This document shows positions 1-9,820 of a stretch of 64,000 nucleotides of DNA, piece by piece. Source of the stretch: Promethearchaeota archaeon (GTDB lineage Archaea; Asgardarchaeota; Lokiarchaeia; Sigyniarchaeales; SOKP01); assembly GCA_048938895.1 (NCBI GenBank), contig JBHLLU010000007.1, positions 32,001-96,000 of the forward strand. The letters are read 5' to 3'. The notes below the pieces were generated by a model. That model searched no databases, was not told the origin of the DNA, and was given only the letters and a program-made list of their open reading frames with translations. Within the stretch, counting starts at the first letter, position 1. Each line of letters begins with the position of its first letter. Position numbers and translations under genes: made by a program.

Positions 1-195
1 GATTCTTTTAATATTAATAGAATGATTTTGCTTTTATTATTATTTATTAAACTTTTATGATACTAGTTAAAAAGGCTTCGATATAAATTTTCACAACTTA
101 ATTTTAAATAGATTAAACTTAAATATTTATTAGAGGATGTATTTTATACTAAAAATGAAAATTTCCATTACTAACCTTAACTATCACAAGTAATT

Positions 196-1119
196 ATGCC
201 CTCTTATTTTGAAGACAATGAATTTTTTGAAGATAATGGGGAGGAAGGCCCACATTGTTGCGATAGTCCTAAAATTAGCGAAGAAGACGGATTTTATGTT
301 TGTTTAAACTGTGGATTTGTGTACTCCAGGATACTTGATGATAGTCCTCGAAGAGCATTTACTCAGGAGGAAATTCAGAAACGGAAGAGTAGTGAACGAG
401 TATATAGTCCAATTGGTCCAAGAACAATCATCCGAGGATCAAGAGACGCCAGGGGCACGTTACTGAGTCCGAAATATAAATCAAAGTTTAATAGATTAGC
501 TAAAATTCATAGATCTTTGACAACTAGTTATGAGAGAAACTTGTGGATAGCATTACCTAACTTACAGCGTTTACAAAAAAGATTGAGTATACCAGATGCC
601 GTAGCTGATGATGCACTTAGAATTTATACTCAAACAGTCAAAAAGAAATTGACGATGGGAAGGAGCATCGATACTCTATTATCTGCTTCGATTTTTGCAG
701 CTTTAAAGGTTCATGGAATACCGAGAACCGCTGAAGAGATAACAAAAGTTGCTCAAATTCCTAAAAAGAAAGTAATAAAGAGTTATCGATTAATTTTGAT
801 GGAAGTTCTTCCAAAACTTGGAATGAAAGTACAACATTTTTCAGCGGATAGATATGTGGATAAATTCAATGAAGAACTTAAACTTTCAATGCAGTGCCGG
901 AACATAGCAGTAAAATTAATCGAAAAGGCAAGAGAGAGTGGTTTTAATTCAGATGGTAAAGACCCAAAAGGAATTGCCGCAGCCTCAATCTATATAGCAT
1001 CAAAAATTTGTAATGAAAATAGAACTCAAAAGGAAATTAGTCAATTAGCTAAAGTTACTGAAGTAACTCTCCGTATGCGAGTTAAAGACCTACAAAATTA
1101 TGCAAATATTGTTGATTGA
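196..1119 (+). CDS. tfb: Transcription initiation factor IIB (TFB), divergent paralog
   Basis: N-terminal Zn ribbon (CCD...VCLNCG), two cyclin repeats (GRSIDTLLSASIF; GKDPKGIAAASIY), C-terminal HTH RTQKEISQLAKVTEVTLR. Confidence 0.93.
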   Translation: MPSYFEDNEFFEDNGEEGPHCCDSPKISEEDGFYVCLNCGFVYSRILDDSPRRAFTQEEIQKRKSSERVYSPIGPRTIIRGSRDARGTLLSPKYKSKFNRLAKIHRSLTTSYERNLWIALPNLQRLQKRLSIPDAVADDALRIYTQTVKKKLTMGRSIDTLLSASIFAALKVHGIPRTAEEITKVAQIPKKKVIKSYRLILMEVLPKLGMKVQHFSADRYVDKFNEELKLSMQCRNIAVKLIEKARESGFNSDGKDPKGIAAASIYIASKICNENRTQKEISQLAKVTEVTLRMRVKDLQNYANIVD

Positions 1120-1121
1120 TT

Positions 1122-4100
1122 TTAAATATCTATTAGCTCTAATTCTTCCTCAAATAGGGGTAAAATTTCTAACATCCCTTTAACTTTTGGCAGATAATTT
1201 TCTAACTTGTATTCTTTTACATCTATTATAAAAAGAATTAACATGATATCATATGTATCTTCAACCAATTTTTTATTGACACCTCGTCTATTTAAATACT
1301 GATTAATACTTTCTCTGATGTGTGAGTATGGTTCTTTTAATTTAAATAAACAGAGTGCGTGTAATAGGATAAGAAGTGCACTAGTTTTAAAATCTCCTCT
1401 TCTAGAAACCATTGTTTCAGCTAATTCATAATATTTCATAGATGCTTCTTGGAAATTTTTTGTTTCTAATAAGGTGAAAATTGGTTTATAAAAAATTCTT
1501 TTTGTTTTTATGCGTTTACTAAGATCTTCTTCCTTCTCTCTTCGAGTTTCCCCAATTTTTGATTCAATTTTTCCATATCTTTGATCAATTTCTATTGCTT
1601 GACTTTTGGTTAACTCTTCGCTAGTTTCTGATCTTGGTGTTATTATTCGATTTTCAATATGATCTTCACCTAAAAATTCATGCAAAAGGTCAATTTCTTC
1701 ATTAAACAGAGGAAGATATTCCATAAAAATCAATGCTTCATTGAATTTGCGTTCATCTTGAAATTTTTTGGCTTGAAGCATGTATTTAACTAAGGTAACA
1801 GGAAATGTTTCAGAAAAAAGTTTTCCTAATCCTAATAAACTATTTTTGATCTCTTCTAATAGATTTCTAATATCTTTTACTTCATCCTGTTTAAATAGTA
1901 ATAAACTAACAACTGCTAATGAGACACCAGCTAAATTATATTTTTGAATTTTATTGAACCCGATAATGCTCCTTTTGTATAAATCAATCGCTTTATTATA
2001 TTCTTGTGAGGTAATATAGTCTAAAGCATCCATAAAGTATCTTGTCTTTCTAGCATTTCTCTCCATGAATTGCCTTTTTTGATCTAAACTTCTATATTCT
2101 CTAGCTTTATTTTCAATTATTGAATGCATCTCTTCCAATTCTTGTCCTTCCCTCGTTTCCCTTGCTTCTTCTGAACGTAAAATACTTCTTTTGGCTTCAA
2201 GTTCTTCGATTCTTCTGTGGATTTCTGACCTGTATTCTCGATTTATAATGCGGTCATTATATGCATGAGCATTTGCTAAATCACCTATGTTTATATATAT
2301 CTCAGCAAGTTTTTTGTAAATTTTATCATACTTGATTTTTACAATATCTTCTTTTTCTAAATATGCGGATACGACATTAATTGCCTTTTTTAGGAGTTCA
2401 TTTGCTTTTCTAATCCCAGATTCGTTTTCTTCCTCTTGTAGTAACTTCAAAGCCTGATTTTTAATAATTTCAATATATGTCAAAATAATTTCTTTAGATT
2501 CATCATATAGAGAATGGTTCCGATATAATCTATTAGAATCTTCCATAATGTTTGCTTCTCTTTCAAAGTTCTCTAATTTTTCAATTTCTTTTAATTTTTC
2601 AAGGAAAATCGGAAAAATTCTAATTAGATACATTTTTCTTGCATCTATTGATAAGCTATTAGAAATGATGAAAAATTCTTCGAATTCGTTCCCTTCTAAT
2701 AAGATATCTAAAGATTTAGTAAGAATTTGATCGCCAATATCCTCCCGACCTAACTTTTTGAGATAATCTGCTTGATCTATTAGTAATTTTGAACTTTTAA
2801 GAAATTTTTCTTTATCTTTTAGTTCATTTGCTAATAGAATTTTTTCTTTGTTCATATCTATTACTATATCTAGTTCAGCTTTAACAAAATCACTTAAAAC
2901 AACAATCCCCTTTTTAATTGTATCTTCCATTTCTTTCTTTATAGATGCTCTATATTTATCCTCACTCTCTGCACTAAAGTTTGTTAATTCTTGTTTCAGC
3001 ATTAATGAATTCAATTTATTAATAAGTATTGTAGCTACAGTAAAATTTTTCTTCTCAATAAATAGGTTGATTAATATTTTTAAAATGGAATCAATATTGG
3101 TTCTTTTTACATGATATGATTCCCACATATTTTCAATTTCTTCATAAGTGGACCTCGCAGCGTAGATTTCCTTAGCCTCAACTTGATGTTTAAAGATTTC
3201 GAGTAATATATTAGTTAATTTATTGGTTAACTCTTTGAGTTCCTCTGATAGAGCTTCTCGTTGATATTTAAATATAGCTGTATACAATTGTTCTCTTGCT
3301 AAGTCAAATCTATTATTTTCTACTAAAAATTCAGCAGCATTTCCTATTTTCCCTGTTAATTCTTTTAATATCATCTGTGATTCTTGATGAGAGAGACTTT
3401 CAAGAATTCTGAATGCTTTCTCAACTTTACAAGCAGATATCCAGGAAGTAATTGCTAGCCTAAAAGCTTCATCAATTATCTTTTTATCTAATAGTTCAAT
3501 ACTCGCCCATTGACCAGCTCTTTCGTATTGTTTAGCTGCCGTTTCATAATCTCGCTTATTAAAACAAAAATTACCCTCTCTTATCATTGCTTCTACATAA
3601 AGCGTTTTAAAATTTACAGATTTCTTCTTATCAATATTTTCCAATATTTTACTAGCTTCAAGATACAAATTTATTTTGGAATATAAATAGGCTGCTTGCT
3701 CTAAAATAATAAAGTAATCTTCTTTATTGTAAATTTCTGCAATCATAGCAGCATTTCTCACTGCTTGAGCAGCGTAATAATAATTTTGATTGCTGAAATA
3801 TACATTTGCCATTTGTATAAATATAGGAAACCTCATCCAAGCATTTTCTATGTTTAATGGGGTCTCTCCGCCAATCATTGCTAAACAGAGTGATTGAAGT
3901 GCTTGATGGAAATCTTTTGGATTAAGGTTGGCAAATGCTTCAAGGCTGGGATAATTCACCCATAAATTTGTTAACAATTCATTTACAGACAGAGGAAGAA
4001 TTCCATTCTGGTCATAAAAGATTACAATAGTTGGGATATCTCTTTTAATTGAAAAAATGTCTGGTAAGACCATTTCAAATAGTTCATACTCTTCCTTAAG

Positions 4101-4340
4101 TAAAGGATTTATAAAAAATATAATTCCATCGACAATCGGGATAATTTCGTCTAAATCAGCTGAAATGTCTGTGATAGCATCAATTTCTAAATCACAGATA
4201 TCTTCAAGGATTTTTACTTCCTTATACCATTCATAATAAGTGTCTTTATCTTCTCCAGGTTCACTAAAAGCTCTTGAAGTATAGAAATGTGCGGCAACTG
4301 GATTTCCTGATAGGATTAAAACTTTGAAGATATAATGCAT
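1122..4340 (-). CDS. Large protein: degenerate Rab-like G-domain followed by TPR/SNAP-like alpha-solenoid
   Basis: 1072-aa ORF; N-terminal YIFKVLIL...DGIIFFI...IPTIVI follows the small-GTPase strand pattern without GxxxxGK; remainder is helical with AAxxYxxA-type repeats. Confidence 0.6.
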   Translation of the reverse strand: MHYIFKVLILSGNPVAAHFYTSRAFSEPGEDKDTYYEWYKEVKILEDICDLEIDAITDISADLDEIIPIVDGIIFFINPLLKEEYELFEMVLPDIFSIKRDIPTIVIFYDQNGILPLSVNELLTNLWVNYPSLEAFANLNPKDFHQALQSLCLAMIGGETPLNIENAWMRFPIFIQMANVYFSNQNYYYAAQAVRNAAMIAEIYNKEDYFIILEQAAYLYSKINLYLEASKILENIDKKKSVNFKTLYVEAMIREGNFCFNKRDYETAAKQYERAGQWASIELLDKKIIDEAFRLAITSWISACKVEKAFRILESLSHQESQMILKELTGKIGNAAEFLVENNRFDLAREQLYTAIFKYQREALSEELKELTNKLTNILLEIFKHQVEAKEIYAARSTYEEIENMWESYHVKRTNIDSILKILINLFIEKKNFTVATILINKLNSLMLKQELTNFSAESEDKYRASIKKEMEDTIKKGIVVLSDFVKAELDIVIDMNKEKILLANELKDKEKFLKSSKLLIDQADYLKKLGREDIGDQILTKSLDILLEGNEFEEFFIISNSLSIDARKMYLIRIFPIFLEKLKEIEKLENFEREANIMEDSNRLYRNHSLYDESKEIILTYIEIIKNQALKLLQEEENESGIRKANELLKKAINVVSAYLEKEDIVKIKYDKIYKKLAEIYINIGDLANAHAYNDRIINREYRSEIHRRIEELEAKRSILRSEEARETREGQELEEMHSIIENKAREYRSLDQKRQFMERNARKTRYFMDALDYITSQEYNKAIDLYKRSIIGFNKIQKYNLAGVSLAVVSLLLFKQDEVKDIRNLLEEIKNSLLGLGKLFSETFPVTLVKYMLQAKKFQDERKFNEALIFMEYLPLFNEEIDLLHEFLGEDHIENRIITPRSETSEELTKSQAIEIDQRYGKIESKIGETRREKEEDLSKRIKTKRIFYKPIFTLLETKNFQEASMKYYELAETMVSRRGDFKTSALLILLHALCLFKLKEPYSHIRESINQYLNRRGVNKKLVEDTYDIMLILFIIDVKEYKLENYLPKVKGMLEILPLFEEELELIDI

Positions 4341-4543
4341 ATTAATATTTTTTTTAGTCTCTACTTTTCTATTAATTTTTCTCTTTTTTTATTTTATGAT
4401 TAATGAAAATTTCTTTACGAATAGATCATATAAAATTGATAGTATATAACGTATGAAATGATTTTAAAAGAATAGAGATCTTTAATTATTCAATTGAGTT
4501 TGAGAAATTATAACTATGTTTTGACCCATTCGAGGATAAAATC

Positions 4544-5206
4544 TTGGATTATCTAGAAAGAAATTATCATCTTATAAAAGATAGAATGATTCAACAGATG
4601 GAAGAATCTATTATAAAAGGGAGAAAACTTATCGATTCAGAATTAGATACTGGAATTTTAAATTTAATTGTAAAACCTCTTGTTAAACTTTTCTATGATA
4701 ATTGGGCAAAAAATGATGTAAGAGATAATACACTGAAGCAGATTAACCTTACTTTGGATGCCGGTTTAAAATTACTAAAAATTGGGATATCTACTGATAA
4801 TTTTACTAAAATTCTTGAGGAGAGCTTACCAAAATATATTCAAGCAGATCAAACATCATTGCAGTGCATTAAGCACCATAAAAATTACGGTAAAATAATA
4901 GAAGTAGCAAAAGAAACTTTTACAAATTATTTAAAAGAAGTGACAAAACTTTTAGACATAAAAGAGGATGTAGACGATTATGGTGATTTATGTAGGGCTG
5001 CTTTTAAATCAATAGAAGAAGCGGAGGAAAATTTGATGAAACAATTAAATTTTACAGAGAGAGGTATTAAAATAGTTGAAGAAGATCCTTCTATTTTAAA
5101 AATTCCAGTGGGAAGAAGAATTATAGTAAAAACTCTTAGAAAAGGTTTTTTACAAACAAAGAAGGAGTTTATTAAGTCATTGAATGAAACTTACAATCAG
5201 AAATAA
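4544..5206 (+). CDS. Hypothetical helical protein, tandem paralog 1 (TTG start)
   Basis: 220 aa, colinear with next ORF (LERNY, LIDSELDTGI, DQTxxQC, RAAFK, LRKGF); GAGGA upstream. Confidence 0.8.
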   Translation: MDYLERNYHLIKDRMIQQMEESIIKGRKLIDSELDTGILNLIVKPLVKLFYDNWAKNDVRDNTLKQINLTLDAGLKLLKIGISTDNFTKILEESLPKYIQADQTSLQCIKHHKNYGKIIEVAKETFTNYLKEVTKLLDIKEDVDDYGDLCRAAFKSIEEAEENLMKQLNFTERGIKIVEEDPSILKIPVGRRIIVKTLRKGFLQTKKEFIKSLNETYNQK

Positions 5207-5270
5207 TTAAAAATTAAACAAATAAAATATTCAATTAATTAATCGTGAATTATTTTGTGGAGATTTTACT

Positions 5271-5933
5271 ATGGATAACCTAGAGAGAAATTATAGAATC
5301 TTAGAAAAGAAAATGATTGAACAAATGGATATTTCCCTAAATTATGGGAAGAATTTAATAGATTCAGAATTAGATACGGGAATTTTTAATGTTCTAGTAA
5401 AACCTGTTGTGAAATCTTTTTATAAATATTGGTCTGATAAAGATGCTCGTGTAGGTACACGAGAACAGATAAAACTAACTTTAAATTCTGCAAGGGAATT
5501 AATTACGAATGGACAATTATCAGAAGAACAGGTTAATAAAGTAATTAATAAAAATTTTCCAAAATATCTAGAAAATGATCAAACTGATCGCCAGTGTAAA
5601 AAAAATCACCGAAATTATAAAACTTTAAGAGAAGTTACAAAAAAATGTTTTATCACACAAGTTGAAGAGAGTATACTTTTTTTAAAGGTAACTGATAATG
5701 TTAATGATTATACTGCTTTATCGAGAGCAGCATTTAAAACAAAAGAAAAAGCATATCAAGCATTGAAACGTCAACTTGATTATAATGATGAGGGAATAGC
5801 AATTGTAGAAAAAGATGATACAATTTTAAATGTACCTAAGGTTGCGAAAAAAATAATTTTAAATATCCTCAGAAAAGGTTTCGAGTTAACTAAGCTACAG
5901 TTAATTGAAGAACTTGATGAAATTTTTAATTAA
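5271..5933 (+). CDS. Hypothetical helical protein, tandem paralog 2
   Basis: 220 aa, paralog of 4544..5206; GGAG upstream. Confidence 0.8.
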   Translation: MDNLERNYRILEKKMIEQMDISLNYGKNLIDSELDTGIFNVLVKPVVKSFYKYWSDKDARVGTREQIKLTLNSARELITNGQLSEEQVNKVINKNFPKYLENDQTDRQCKKNHRNYKTLREVTKKCFITQVEESILFLKVTDNVNDYTALSRAAFKTKEKAYQALKRQLDYNDEGIAIVEKDDTILNVPKVAKKIILNILRKGFELTKLQLIEELDEIFN

Positions 5934-5982
5934 TCAGAATCTAATTTAATACGTAAGAAAGTATAAAGTGTAAATTATTACT

Positions 5983-7044
5983 TTGAATAAAGCGGCTCAA
6001 AAATCAGAAAAAAAGGACTATTCACGTTTAGTTTTTTTAAATTTGTTAATTAATTTCTTTATTATTACATCTTATGTCTATTTTGCTGAGACTTTTGGAT
6101 CAATCTCAACCATATTTATTGAATCCCAGGAATTTAACATAAGATTTGGGTTCACATTATTATTATTTGTTTTTCTTTCAGAGTTAGCTGGTTTTTTACA
6201 TGGTTTAATAGGGGGATTTTTAGCTGAACTTCTATACCAATTTGCTTTTTACCATGAGATATATCTTGAGTGGTGCCTGATTGTTGCGATTTTAGGATTT
6301 TTAGTTGGTCTTTATAAATATAAACCCCAAAAATATCAAGTAAGAAAGAACGTCTTTTATACATTTATATCTCTTGTTATAACTAGCTTTGTGACGACAG
6401 GGATTATTATTCTCTTTCAAGTACTAATTCACCCAAATACATTTGCTCCAGAAATTGTTATCATAAATTATGGGTTGAAGTTCCTTCTCCAAGCAATGAT
6501 TTCAATAGTTATTATCATTCCGTTTTTATTAGTTGTTTATGACAGAATTTTAGCTACCGAAGAGAATGATTTGTATTATATGATACTAACTCATCATCCT
6601 ACTTCTGCCAGTGATCATACATTTTATCTTAAATTTGGAAGAACAAGAATCTATTTTTGTTCTAGATGCTCAGGGGTCATTCTAGGAGGTTTATTTGCTG
6701 TTTTTTTCACTCATATGTTAGAACTTATTTTTCAAACCCAATTTAATGGTTTTATTGCATTGCTTCTGATAATCATACTCCCAATCCCTGGTATTGTTGA
6801 TTGGGGAACTCAACGACTCCTCTTAAGAAAAAGTACTACAGGATCAAGGATTTTCACAGGTTTCATCATTGGTAATGCCCTCCATTTTATGTCATTCACT
6901 TATAAATACTATTTATTTACTTTTTTGATTCTTATTTTATATTTCACCATATTCGGGATTTTAATCTACCTTGGACATAAAAAAGAAATGAAATTATTAA
7001 GGATGAAGGATTATCCATATCTAACTGAAGAAGATGATGAGTGA
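5983..7044 (+). CDS. Membrane protein: ECF S-component-like domain plus DUF2085-like domain
   Basis: About 9-10 TM segments; N-half GFLHGLIGGFLAELL pattern; C-half HHP..DHTF..FCSRCSG..PGIVDWGTQ..RIFTG. Confidence 0.6.
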   Translation: MNKAAQKSEKKDYSRLVFLNLLINFFIITSYVYFAETFGSISTIFIESQEFNIRFGFTLLLFVFLSELAGFLHGLIGGFLAELLYQFAFYHEIYLEWCLIVAILGFLVGLYKYKPQKYQVRKNVFYTFISLVITSFVTTGIIILFQVLIHPNTFAPEIVIINYGLKFLLQAMISIVIIIPFLLVVYDRILATEENDLYYMILTHHPTSASDHTFYLKFGRTRIYFCSRCSGVILGGLFAVFFTHMLELIFQTQFNGFIALLLIIILPIPGIVDWGTQRLLLRKSTTGSRIFTGFIIGNALHFMSFTYKYYLFTFLILILYFTIFGILIYLGHKKEMKLLRMKDYPYLTEEDDE

Positions 7045-7047
7045 AAT

Positions 7048-7554
7048 ATGCAGAATACTATTTTTGTGCATGGTCTTGAATCTTCAGGTTCCGGCTTTAA
7101 GGCTAGATTGTTGAAAAATATATTTCCTAATATCTACACTCCTACTTTTACGAAATCCACTCCGGACATATTAATGTATGATCTATTAGAAATTAGAATG
7201 AAAGAACTCAATTCGATTTTAGCTACTAAAAACAATTGGATTTTAATTGGATCAAGTTTTGGTGGGCTTATGAGTGCGCTATATGCTCTACAAAATCCTT
7301 CCAAGGTAAAGCAATTGATATTATTGGCTCCATTTTTGGAATCTCGTAAGCTTAAGCCACACATGTATAATCCAATAGATATTCCAGTTATCGTTTTTCA
7401 TGGGATCAGGGATAATGTTGTACAGTATAAGGGTTCTAAAAAGAGAGCAGAAATTTTCTTTACAAATTTATATTATAATCTTGTAGATGATGATCATTTT
7501 CTCCACCATACTGTTAAACAATTAGATTGGAAAAAATTAATCATAAATGATTGA
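7048..7554 (+). CDS. Alpha/beta hydrolase (YqiA-like esterase)
   Basis: FVHGLES, nucleophile elbow GSSFGG, HGxxDxVV, DDDH. Confidence 0.85.
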   Translation: MQNTIFVHGLESSGSGFKARLLKNIFPNIYTPTFTKSTPDILMYDLLEIRMKELNSILATKNNWILIGSSFGGLMSALYALQNPSKVKQLILLAPFLESRKLKPHMYNPIDIPVIVFHGIRDNVVQYKGSKKRAEIFFTNLYYNLVDDDHFLHHTVKQLDWKKLIIND

Positions 7555-7684
7555 ATTTAGAGAAGGATGAAGTTTCCTTAATTAAATTTTTCATATAAAT
7601 CTTATAAAAACTGGACTCCATTTTTTTTAAAATTAATAATGAATGTCTCACAATTAAGGATAATTTACAATTAAAGTGTGAAAA

Positions 7685-8152
7685 ATGGAGTGGGAAGATA
7701 TAATAGATAATCTTTACTTATGGTATAATGAATTTATTGAATGGTATTCGGTCCAACCGATTTATGGACAGATTTTAAGCATCATAGGAATTATCGCATT
7801 ATTAGCTTTATTGGTTACCCTAATTTATTATGTAATTAAAGGGATAGCGTATTTAGTATATTATATCTTAAAAGGAATCTACCTTTTACTAAAGTATATC
7901 GGGCTAGGGATATTTAAATTATGCGAGGGTTTCTATAAATTGGTTTCAGGAGAAATGAAAATAGACAATACTAATGATTCTAATTTAATTCAACCAGCCA
8001 TGACTCAAACGAATGTTCTTTTTTGTAATGAATGTGGAAGAAAATTTTCTGAAAAGATGATTAGGAAAATTAGATTACATGGGAATGTATTTTGCGTTCA
8101 CTGTGGAAAAGAATTTACTTTAAAAGAATATCAAATTTCACTAGCTTATTAA
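7685..8152 (+). CDS. Membrane protein with C-terminal zinc ribbon
   Basis: Hydrophobic N-half; CNECG...CVHCG. Confidence 0.7.
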   Translation: MEWEDIIDNLYLWYNEFIEWYSVQPIYGQILSIIGIIALLALLVTLIYYVIKGIAYLVYYILKGIYLLLKYIGLGIFKLCEGFYKLVSGEMKIDNTNDSNLIQPAMTQTNVLFCNECGRKFSEKMIRKIRLHGNVFCVHCGKEFTLKEYQISLAY

Positions 8153-8228
8153 CATTTTTACATTTTTCAAACAAAAATAATTAAAGGAATTATACAAAAA
8201 CATAATTATTAAGGTGTAACTAAAAAGT

Positions 8229-9818
8229 ATGTCGAAAATATATGTTTGTAGAGAGTGTGGTTATGCGTTTCCGGTTGAACTCTCTAATTTAATTGAACAA
8301 AATATTCAAGTTTATTGTGAGCAGTGTGGATCTCCTTTTATTTTGGAAGGAGTAACATTTAGACCGGCTCAAACACCAGTTAGAAGGAAAATAACACCTC
8401 CAGTTAGTCTAAGTAAGAAAGATTCTACTAGTTTAAATAAATTAATTCAATTTTTAAATAAAATATCATTTCTCCCAATTTTTATATTTACTATCATCTC
8501 ATTTGGTTTTATTGCCGAACTAACCTTCAATTTCGAAAATTGGCCAAACATTCTTTTTAATCGAGGTCTTCTAGGTTTAATTGGCCTATTCCTGATAATA
8601 TATGATAGGGCATATATTTCCCCAAAAATAAAAGAAGAAAAATATAATGAGATATTCATTGACTCTATCTGTTGGGGGATATTAGCTTGTATACTATATG
8701 GGACAGGAGTAATTATTCTCATCAAGGGAATTTTTATTTTCATTTATGTTATTACTGATGAACAAAACAAAAACCTAAAAGTTTACCATTACGGATTACT
8801 TGCAAAAAATTCTCTCTCTTATCTTTCTGCAAAAGCGGGATTTGTGATTATTTTAATGGGAATTTTTAGGATTTATGCCGATAAGATTTATATCCCATCA
8901 AGTTATTCTAAGACAATATTATTTCCTATTGGTGACCCTCCTCTTGAGATTCCTGTAATCATTCTAATATTTCTTTGTTATTTACTCATCGCAATTATAA
9001 CTTTAAGCATAGATAGCAGACAAAAATCAGAACTCAAAGACAAAGTTGGATTTGGAATTGTAGACTCAATCAAATTTATAATAATGGGGGTACTAGCGAC
9101 TCTTTTCTATGCTTCTGGGATCTTTATTATACTGAAAGGAGCATTGATTTTTTTCCTTTTTGTTGGCAAACCTTCAGAAAATCTTGAAATACCTTCAAGA
9201 GAGGAGAGCCCAATACCTTCTCCTCAGAAATTTACATTAGTGGAACCTCCCTTAAAACCAGAGGTTAAACAAATTGAAGAGGCAGAAAAAGAACCAATTT
9301 TGGAACCCACTCCAATAAAGACAGAATCTAAAGAAGAAGGGCCAATTTCTGAACCAGAAATAAAGATTGAAGAAGAACCAAGTGTCATTGAAGAAATAGA
9401 GGAGAAACATATAGAGAAGGAAAAAGAATTAACAGAGGAGGAATTCGAATTAAGACTTCACGAATCTCTTCTACCAGTAAAAGATGAAAAGGACAAAAAA
9501 TTAGTAAAAGAATATTTTACCAAGATTTTTTCTCTTCTATCAAAAGATTTGAGACAACAAATTAATGATCTAAAAATCTCAAAAAAGGAAAAAAGGGAGT
9601 TATTGGAAGAACTTGCTTTCTTAACTAAGGAAGAACAAATAAAATATGTCGAAGTTTTGATTGATTTATATAAAGAGATTCCTAAAAAATTAATAGAAAG
9701 AATTCGAAAGTTACCGAATGTTAAACTACAACATATTGACAAATTAATAGAACAATTGAAATATATGGATTCTCAAGAGCAGATTAGATTTATTCAATTC
9801 TTAGAGGAAAACGCCTAA
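8229..9818 (+). CDS. Zinc-ribbon membrane protein with Pro/Glu linker and helical C-terminal domain
   Basis: CRECG...CEQCG, several TM helices in two repeated units, P/E-rich linker, duplicated C-terminal helical motif. Confidence 0.7.
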   Translation: MSKIYVCRECGYAFPVELSNLIEQNIQVYCEQCGSPFILEGVTFRPAQTPVRRKITPPVSLSKKDSTSLNKLIQFLNKISFLPIFIFTIISFGFIAELTFNFENWPNILFNRGLLGLIGLFLIIYDRAYISPKIKEEKYNEIFIDSICWGILACILYGTGVIILIKGIFIFIYVITDEQNKNLKVYHYGLLAKNSLSYLSAKAGFVIILMGIFRIYADKIYIPSSYSKTILFPIGDPPLEIPVIILIFLCYLLIAIITLSIDSRQKSELKDKVGFGIVDSIKFIIMGVLATLFYASGIFIILKGALIFFLFVGKPSENLEIPSREESPIPSPQKFTLVEPPLKPEVKQIEEAEKEPILEPTPIKTESKEEGPISEPEIKIEEEPSVIEEIEEKHIEKEKELTEEEFELRLHESLLPVKDEKDKKLVKEYFTKIFSLLSKDLRQQINDLKISKKEKRELLEELAFLTKEEQIKYVEVLIDLYKEIPKKLIERIRKLPNVKLQHIDKLIEQLKYMDSQEQIRFIQFLEENA

Positions 9819-9820
9819 AA

